Assembly (NCBI GenBank): GCA_964016885.1
Contig: OZ024743.1
Location: 155,992,001 to 156,056,000 of the forward strand
Length of the DNA stretch: 64,000 nucleotides
DNA from: Eledone cirrhosa
Lineage: Eukaryota
Direction of reading: 5' to 3'
Each line of letters begins with the position of its first letter. Position 1 is the stretch's first letter. This document shows positions 55,170-64,000 of this stretch, piece after piece. The notes beneath the pieces were generated by a model. The model made no database searches. It was not told where the DNA came from and saw only the letters and a list, made by a program, of their open reading frames with translations. A program made the position numbers and the translations under genes.

Positions 55170-56535
55170 TATAACCAGAACTCTTCAATATAAGCTGATC
55201 ACCCTTAAACAAGTATTGAGAGCTGTCCTCGAGAAACGTCGATACGAGAAGAGGATGGCTGAAGGAAAAATAAAAGAAAAAACATAACAGATTCAGATGA
55301 AGCCAAATATCTGTCTAAAGAAAGGGATATTAATAAAAGTCCCTGATATCCCATCCCAGAAAGACATAGATTCCTGAAGAAAGATATGAGGTGAAAAGAA
55401 GAAATTCTACTGCGCCTACACTTCTACAAAACATAAAGAATAAATAATGATACCCTTAAGACCATATTAGGAAAACTCTAAGAGGCTTGTCATTCTATGG
55501 AATGTGTCCTTCAACCTATATCAGCATAGTCTCAACGTAAATTCACATATACCAGCATGGGTGACATTAGCACAATAAATATTCCTCTCCATGAACAAAT
55601 ACACTAACTTGGCAAACAAACTCAATGTATAAAATGTATACAGCCTGCCTGAACCTATTTTACCAAGATCACTGGGAGCAAGTGACCAAGATCTCTGATG
55701 AGCAAACAGCTGTGAAGAAAGATGTTTGGGTTGTTCTAAACAACTCTTAATTGACAAAACCACAACGACAGAAAATAACAACAGGATGAATATTGTTACA
55801 CTCTGATTGGACTACATGAAAGCATTTGATTCTGCCAACACTCTTGGATGATCAAGGCCCTGCGACTTGATAATGGACGAGACATTATTATCAGAGCCAT
55901 AGGGAACATATTTTCTTCTTGGGATACAATCCTAAAGCTAACAAGAGAGAAGGAGCACTCTATTTTCACTGATAAAATAAATTATCACAGGGTTATATAT
56001 CAAGACGACAGTCAGTCTCAGCTACTATTTATTCTGTCATGTAAACCCTTGTCCTTTTTGCTCAAGAAATGCGCAGGATGCAAAACTGGCTAACAGGAGG
56101 GAAGGAATACGAGCCTATCTCATATTTCTTTTTGGATGACCTAAAACTATATTCCAAGATCATAACTGGGCTGAAGCAAAATTTTGACCTGGTTACAACG
56201 TTCTCGAAGGCCATAGGAATGGAGTTTGGCCAGGATAAATGATCATACACAATTGTAAAGTAGGGCGAACAAGAAAGCCAATCTAGCAATATTTATATCA
56301 GTCGCATAACTGTTTCACTGATATCTAACAAAGACTGCTACAGATACATAGTGATTGATTGCAATATATCCTATGATGTTATCTGTAACAAAGAAAATAT
56401 TACAAAAGAATATTACATCAGAATAACAATAATATGGTGATCTGAAATCTCTGCGGACAATAAAAGAGTGACACACAATGTGTTTGCTATGTCTTTCCTA
56501 ACACCAAGGCTCAGAATACTCAAGTGGACGATCGA
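55170..56535 (+). pseudogene. Decayed R4/Dong LINE RT
   Basis: QLLIDK, DYMKAFDS..SWMIKAL, FLDDLKLYSK and GMEFG motifs across frames. Confidence 0.8.
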
Positions 56536-57759
56536 TATTTTACTATTTTACGGGAAGTGCGTATATGTCTTCAAAAGTAAAAAAAAACCATCATTTCGAT
56601 CCCAATTACAATCTGCTTACCACAATTACGCAGTGTTTAACTTACTTTCTGTACATTTACCAAAAAATAACCAAATAAATTATTTTGTATTCATTTGTAT
56701 CATCCGTTGTTGTGCTGTCTTTTTAAAAAATATGTTTGTCTAATTATATAAATATCAGTAATATAACGTGGGAGAGGGTGGAGGTCATTTGAAAAATAAG
56801 GACGGCTTCGGGTGGCATTGACTAAACATGGCTGAGAACCTAAACCCTCATGTGAACCTGTAAGTGACCCCAGTATATATAAAATAGCACAACCTTGGGT
56901 GTAGCAACTTTAGATATATAAACAACTTATAGGAGTGGGTTTTAAGTACAACCATATTAGATATACAACATCAAACTACCGTGGATAGACAAACCTCTTA
57001 ATACTAGGTGTTTATATAATTTTACTGCCACCACCCATTGAAAAACTGTAAAATTATAATTGAACTAGCTTGAGTAATGGATGAATATCACCATGATTTT
57101 ATTCGGATTCTTACAAACTACTTGTGTTGTCTATCTTATATCCGCATCTGCTTAAGTAGTATTATAAATAAACTCATCGATATCAACTTTGTATATTGAA
57201 ACCCTTGCAATAGTAATGTTGAATTTAAACACAAACATATTAAACATAAATTCTAGATTTAAATTAAAATACCCCAGAGATTTAGCATATTCATGGATTT
57301 GAAGAACAGTTAATATATTGTTATGATGTATATTGTAATGCATAGTATATTTTGATAGTACATTATGACTCACATTCTATAATGTAATTATGTAACGCCA
57401 GGTATAGCGGAATATCACATATTTTTATGATTACCTCCCTTTTCCTGTTGCCATGGTAAATTAATAAAACTTTATAGGTAAAATTATTTTGGTTAAGTAA
57501 AACTCGTAATTTACAATAACTGTATAATATATATTTGAACAATTTTGTCGATGTATGTTCTGTATCCTAGTGATAAATACAGGAAGAAATCATAGATATT
57601 GATATAATCGTATTAAGTAGACAGGATGATTAAACTTTACTATCATTATATGAACCATATTTAGTGCGATAACGTAAAACACTTTTATTTCCTGTTTAAT
57701 AATATAAGCGTGTAAAATAAAAAAGATAGATAATAGGTAATATTATTAGGGTGAATGTA

Positions 57760-58206
57760 ATGCTTTCCAGCATAGTTACGTCCCTTTACGATCTGAGTTC
57801 AAATCCCGCCGAGGTTGACACTGCCTTTCATCCTTACGGGGTCGATAAAATAAAGTACCAGTAATGCACTGGGTAATTGCTGGCCTTGTGCCTAAAGTAG
57901 AAACAATTATTATTATTAGTTTGATGGTGGATTGGCAGTATCAGTAGAGGGTCGGACGCCATGCTTTCCAGCATAGTTACGTCCCTTTACGATGTGAGTT
58001 CAAATCCCGCCGAGGTTGATTTTGCCTTTCATCCTTACGGGGTCGATAAAATAAAGTACCAGTAATGCGCTGGGTAATTGCTGGCCTTGCGACTAAAGTA
58101 GAAACAATTATTATTATTAGTTTGCCTTTCATCCTTCCGGGGACGATATAATAAAGTACCAGTAATGCATTGGGTAATTGCTAGCCTTGTGCCAAAAGTA
58201 GAAACA

Positions 58207-58254
<48 letters not shown>

Positions 58255-58255
58255 T
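57760..58255 (+). mobile_element. Tandem array of three SINE units ending in (ATT)n
   Basis: Head-to-tail, variably 5' truncated copies. Confidence 0.85.
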
Positions 58256-59031
58256 GCATTTATCTTGCTTTATGTTTATACGAGTTATCACCAAGTCACA
58301 ACCAGTGACCTCAAGAGACAACAAGGTCCGCCATGTTCAAGAAAGAACACACATATTCACACATGCATCCTTAGTGTTTAGACTTGTGATGTACTTTTAT
58401 TGACAGGATCTTCCTTAGTATATGGGCAGTTCCCATTAGTACTATCTTTTGTATTTCTCCTATACGCGGGTTTCCTGGGATTTGCGATAAGTAGTCGTTA
58501 GACCCCTTAGGTATCATTCCCAGAGCGCCTATAACCACTGGTATTGTTTTAGTTCTCAATTTCCACATTTTTCCAATTTCTATCTCCAGGTCCTTATACT
58601 TGCTCAATTTTTCAAATGTTTTTATAGATACATTCTTGTCTATTGGAACAGACATATCAATTAGCAGGCATACCCTCCTTTGAAAGTCCTTCAATATTAT
58701 ATCAGGTCTATTTGCATCTATTTTTCGGTCTGTTTGGATGCTAAAGTTCCACAAGATTGAGATGTGATCTTTTTCAAGTATGGGAGGTGGTTGATGCTCC
58801 CACCAATTCTTTTGATGGGGCAGGTCAAAATGCTTACACATTATCCAATGTATGTATTGTGCAGCTCTGTCATGCCTGTTTAGGTATTCGGTTGGAGCTA
58901 TAGGACTGCACATTGAAATTGTATGGTCAATGGTCTCTGGTTGTTTTTTGCATACACGGCATAATGGGCTGCACCCATTTTTTATTATGTTGGCTTGGTA
59001 AGTTTTTGTTGGCAGACACTGATCTTGTGCG

Positions 59032-59032
<1 letters not shown>
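58256..59032 (-). mobile_element. 5' truncated R4/Dong LINE 3' end (CCHC plus RLE, open frame) inserted in (TAA)n
   Basis: AQDQ.L.T..CRVC..ETIDH..C..RHD..NRPDII..LIDMSVP..EKLSKYKDL..PVVIGALG; (TAA)n on both sides, matching known Dong targeting. Confidence 0.9.
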
Positions 59033-59085
<53 letters not shown>

Positions 59086-59087
59086 AG

Positions 59088-59500
59088 ACGGCGGTGTATT
59101 GGCAGTATCGGTAGAGGGTCGGAGGACATATCGTGCAGCATAGATTACGACCCTTTATGATCTGAGTTCAAATCCTGCCGAGGTTAACTTTGCCTCTCAT
59201 CCTTACGGGCCGATAAAATAAAGTACCAGTCATGCACTGGTGTCGATTTAATCGAATTTTCCCTCCCCTCAAATTGTTGGCCTTGTGCCTATATACGAAA
59301 CCATTATTAGTGTGAATTGGCAGTATCGGTAGAGGGTCGGACGCCATGCTTTGACGTATAGAGTTACGGCCCTTGCACTTCTGAGTTCACATCCCGCCGA
59401 GGTTAACTTTGCCTTTCATCATTATGGGGTCGATCAAATAAAGTACCATTAATGCACTGGGTAATTGCTGGCCTTGTGCCTAACGTAAAAACAATTATTA
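59088..59500 (+). mobile_element. Two tandem SINE units
   Basis: Same consensus; the first is the longer variant containing gtcgatttaatcga. Confidence 0.85.
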
Positions 59501-59540
59501 ATAATCAAATATATCTTTTTGTATTCAACCCTACAATAAC

Positions 59541-60574
59541 TTGACTTGTGGTATATTTGCAATATACCATTTTATGGTGGTTCCAGGAACCACCATAAAA
59601 TCCCTGATCAGCAAAACCTACCCTTTTAAAAAAACCCACTGTACTAATAGGAAATGTATCATATGTAAGGTAAACTCCCGGATAAACCATAAAACTAGAA
59701 ACGTAGTCTATAGCATAAGATGTACAGAGCGTACTTGCAGAAACATGACAACAACATACATAGGCGAGACAGCTCGTAGCATAGGTGAAAAGATAGACCA
59801 ACAATGGGGGGAACTAAAAGGACGAAAAAACAGGTCAGTACTATACGAACATGCCAGACAACAACACGACGATAACATAGACAACATAGAAATTAGAATA
59901 ATATCTAAACATAGAAATGACCCAGCAGATAGGCAAATCAGAGAGGCCAGTGAAATAGAACTTAGAAGTCCAAGACTAAACAGAAAGAATGAATGGAATA
60001 ACAACAACACCCAAACAAACAACACTGACCTAAGAGAAGTATAAATAAATAAATAAAAAATAAATAGATAAATAAATCAATAAATACATACACAAGCACA
60101 ATAACAACAAACACATATAAACACACACTAGTAAAGATAGAATACATTAACCAATACACAGTCACCCAATCACGAACACACATCAAACAACATACTATAC
60201 ACACACGCAAACGCATGCGCAAAGAAGACAAAATAAAATAAACAAACAAACAAATAAATAAATAAATATATAAACAGACTAAATAAAGATGGCGTAGACA
60301 TACAATGTAACGGGAGGAAACAATAGCACCACTGACGATGTTGCAGATGTACAACGAAAGAACTTTGATAAACTATATATATGTGTGTTTGTCTATATTG
60401 TATCTGTATTATTTTTGACCGTTGGTCAGTCAATGGCAACATTGAGGACCGAATAAATTAGATTACCGATATAAAAGACACAGAAGCGAAAAGCGAAAAC
60501 CAACCAAACAGTGAGTGTGTTCTGTTATTAATTCTGGCAATATTACACAAATATGACCCTCCCCAAGTATAACT
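59541..60574 (+). mobile_element. Naiad-type PLE 3' part: GIY-YIG ORF (59541-60044), 3' UTR, HHR (60327-60370), terminus into (TA)n
   Basis: PF..CX4CX2C..NVVYSIRC..C..YIGETARS..H..H..RQIREA..LNRKNEW; CTGACGA-t-gttg/caac-GAAAG-aa-CTT; ends ccccaagtataac(TA)n. Confidence 0.88.
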
Positions 60575-60581
60575 ATATAAA

Positions 60582-60649
<68 letters not shown>

Positions 60650-63134
60650 GGACATGCATTTACGTTTCTGTCTCTATATATGTGTATAAAATGTGGATAG
60701 AAAATATATAACATCGACCATTTACTAATACCTCAGGCTAATCAAATGTGTTTTCGTTTCATTGATTGTTTATTTTGGCAGCAATATCTTTTATGGTGTG
60801 ACATGAAAGACATATGAGGCTGTCAATTAATTCAGATATAGTAAATTTCCCAGATTTCCTTGCCACGAGACTTATGTAAATGTTGTTACATGTTTTGGGG
60901 GCTTAAATTCTTCGTATTAATGGTGGTATTGAAGTGAGGATTGTTTTTATTGACATTGGGACATTTGTTACCGATAATATTGTTTGTTTTCCGTCTTACC
61001 TTTCATGTTTTATTTTTTATTGATATATTTTCGATGAGTGATGCTGCTGCTTGTATTGTTTCCTAGGCGTTATACTGCCATGTTAGTTTTATGCCTTTAC
61101 TATTCTGTATTTTATAGTTGTCTATTTGCTTTATTGTCCTTTTGTCATGCATAATATATTTTGTTTTTTGAACCCCTCTATTAATGATGCTATTGTTGAT
61201 TTGAACCCTACAGCTGGCCGCAGTTAGCACACTGCACATATGGAAAGAAAATACCGTATCAAATAAAATCTGACACTCTAAATATCCTCAAGAGATTACA
61301 GAATGTATTTACTATGTTTGCGTCAATATGATCATATTACAATATTTCTAATATATTATATCAACATATTAATATTCTCATCTCATCTTCATTGCATGTA
61401 CTTTATATTTATTATGGAGAGGAGAGTGTCCTCTTTCCTTTGTCTGGGTTAAATATAAATATCACAAAATAGTAGCTTTGAATAAGCATTATGACTAAAA
61501 CACAGAACATATTAACTTAATGTTGTATTCTGTTTTTGTGTTCTACTGCTTAACCATGTGTGATGTGAATAAAAATACATGAAATATATACCAATAAATT
61601 AGATAATCATATGTACAATTTGACCTGATTTTATATGATCATGACGATATTAATGCAAATACGACATAGCATATCAAATTGGGTTGATTCAAATGTCATA
61701 CCGTAATATTTTCTTTCCTTCTACATTTAGTATAGGAGAAAATACGCATTTTTATAGACAAGAAAAATAGTGCATTTGATAGTTTAGTATTTGCAACAGG
61801 AAATTTAAAAAGAAGCCTAGAAATGAAGACGAGAGTATATAGTGTTAATTATCTAACGTTATCATTTATGTATTAGAGAAACAATTTCACAATATCAGTC
61901 CATCTATTATTGAAATATTACAATGTGGAACTATACCTCATTGGTATAATTATGGGTACATTACATAATTAGTAACTAACTAGGATACAATACATTTTAC
62001 ATAAAACTCATTTGTTAGAACATAAAAGTTTCATTGAATCCTGCCCCCTTTTGTTGATATAATGTGTGAGAGGATGAACAAACTAGCAAACGGACAGTGA
62101 GTACGTATATTTTGAAAATCATATTCCTAACGAATAGCACTTAGAGGGTAAGGTAAACACAGCTGTGAATCATAAGAAACAAAGACTGTGGTGTTTTACA
62201 ATTTTGAGTTAAATAATTATCTCAATGTTACCTGATATAGATAAAATGAAGTTGGTCGAACGGAAAGGTTGGATGCCGATGAGTGTAACAACCGTGATAC
62301 AATTTGGCCTTATGACACATAGACAAACATTCTAACATATTATCGATTCAAGCCATTACAACTCCTCAAATATAATTGATATTGTCACACATCATCAACA
62401 CGCGCTTTTCAGTGAAGATGGAATTAGATGATGCTAGTCCATTTCCTAGTCAGGTTTCCCTTTAACAGGAAGTAATTATATTACACCGAAGAAAGTTGAT
62501 CACGGATTTTAAATTAAAAACTGTCACATTAGCGAGAGCTATTAATGAAGCACTGAAATATTATTCCCTCATCACAGCAGCAACCACTAGCCCTATTCCT
62601 TCCAGACAATTAATCAATTTATCCAAAATGAATCACGCTGAAATTAGATCTTCCTTTCCTGCTACTATTATATATTATGTCATCAATAACGCCATGTTAA
62701 CACGAACAGGATTTCACTCGGTGTTTAGCCCCTATGTAAATAATACACAATCTAAAGACTTTCTGGAAGTATTCAATGAACATATATTAATAAAAACTTT
62801 GGAAGCAATAAAATAAAAAACAATAATGATTGAAATTTGCCAACTATTGTAGTTGATTACATTTATTTGATACAATTATTTTTGAAATCGTGTGTAATCT
62901 GGTAAAAATGTATGATGTTCATAGTGACAATTAGTCCCATATATATCGACTGGTTATTCTATTGACACTGACTCTTTAAATGTGTAACTCAATTCGATTG
63001 TAATTTCAGCTTCAATTTAAGAATGTCGAAATTTAATTGGATGCCCATTTGAATTAATATTCAATAAAATTCCTACGTCAATTATGATGTTAGAGATCAC
63101 ATTAACGTTAACAGTAATAATTGATTCTACTATT

Positions 63135-63700
63135 TACACGAGGCCAGCAATTGTCCCAGTGTATGACTGGTACTTTATTTTATCGACCCCGTAAGGATCA
63201 AAGGAAAAGGTAACCTCGGCCGGATTTGAACTCAGATCGTAAAAGGGCGTAACTATGCTGGAAAGCATGTCCGACCCTCTACCGATACTACCTATACACC
63301 GCCCTTAACCGTAATAATTGTTTCTACTTTTGGCACAAGGCCAGCAATTGTACCAGTGCATGACTGGTACTTTATTTTATCGACCCCATAAAGATGAAAG
63401 GAAAAGTTAACCTCGGCCGGATTTGAACTCAGATCGTAAAAGGACGTAACTATGCTGGAAAGCATGTCCGACCCTCTACCGATACTACCAATACACCACC
63501 CTTAACCGTAATAATTATTTCTACTTTTGGCACAAGGCCAGCAATTATTCAGTGCATTACTGGTACTTTATTTTATCGACCCCGTAAGAATGAAAGGCAA
63601 AGTCAACCTCGGCGGGATTTGAACTCAGATCGTAAAGGGACGTAACTATGCTGGAAAGAATGGCGTCCGACCCTCCACCGATACTGCCAATCCACCGCCC
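63135..63700 (-). mobile_element. Tandem array of three ~190 bp SINE units
   Basis: Three head-to-tail copies joined by a shared ttaaccgtaataat linker. Confidence 0.9.
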
Positions 63701-64000
63701 TAAAGTTAACCGTAATAATAAGATGACATTAGTCTTAAGAAACGGACACGACTAAAATAAACGAGATGGAATTAAGATATAGGTGGCTGTATCCTTTCGG
63801 AAACTTAATCCTTAAATAGATACGCTCATCTTGATGCTAGCACCGACCTATTGAAAATACGATACAAAAGGGGGAAACCGAACAATATGATTATACATAG
63901 AAGTTTCGCACCCTTATTAAACAACTATTCTCTGCCAAATATAGCGTATAACTAAACGCAGCACACCAACTCCAGAAAAATAGTTATGTGTATATAGGAA

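Noticed and set aside
62496-62816. 106 aa ORF after a possible splice acceptor
   Set aside because: No recognisable motif or partner exon; cannot be supported without a search.
57760-63700. CRISPR-like or tRNA gene arrays
   Set aside because: Units are ~190 bp SINEs without unique spacers, no cas genes are present, and no full cloverleaf forms.

Overview
AT-rich eukaryotic genomic DNA with many (TA)n, (CA)n and (AAT)n microsatellites. The repeat content is typical of an invertebrate, most likely an octopus or other coleoid cephalopod (inference). No intact host gene can be supported; there is one candidate membrane-protein exon at ~23.9-24.1 kb. The window is made largely of decayed mobile elements: two Tx1/L1-type LINEs, several R4/Dong LINE fragments, RTE, CRE-like and RNase H (I/Ingi-type) LINE fragments, two non-autonomous Helitrons, tandem arrays of a tRNA-derived SINE, and many Penelope-like element (PLE) pieces, including Naiad-type GIY-YIG ends sitting in (TA)n. 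The most striking signal is about 20 minimal type I hammerhead ribozyme (HHR) motifs, found by eye, ranging from intact to degenerate. Several sit in ~260-300 bp ORF-less units with one outward-facing hammerhead on each strand: fold-back palindromes at 42117-42416 and 29036-29298, and a non-palindromic pair at 4958-5260. All alignments and folds were done by eye, so coordinates are approximate.
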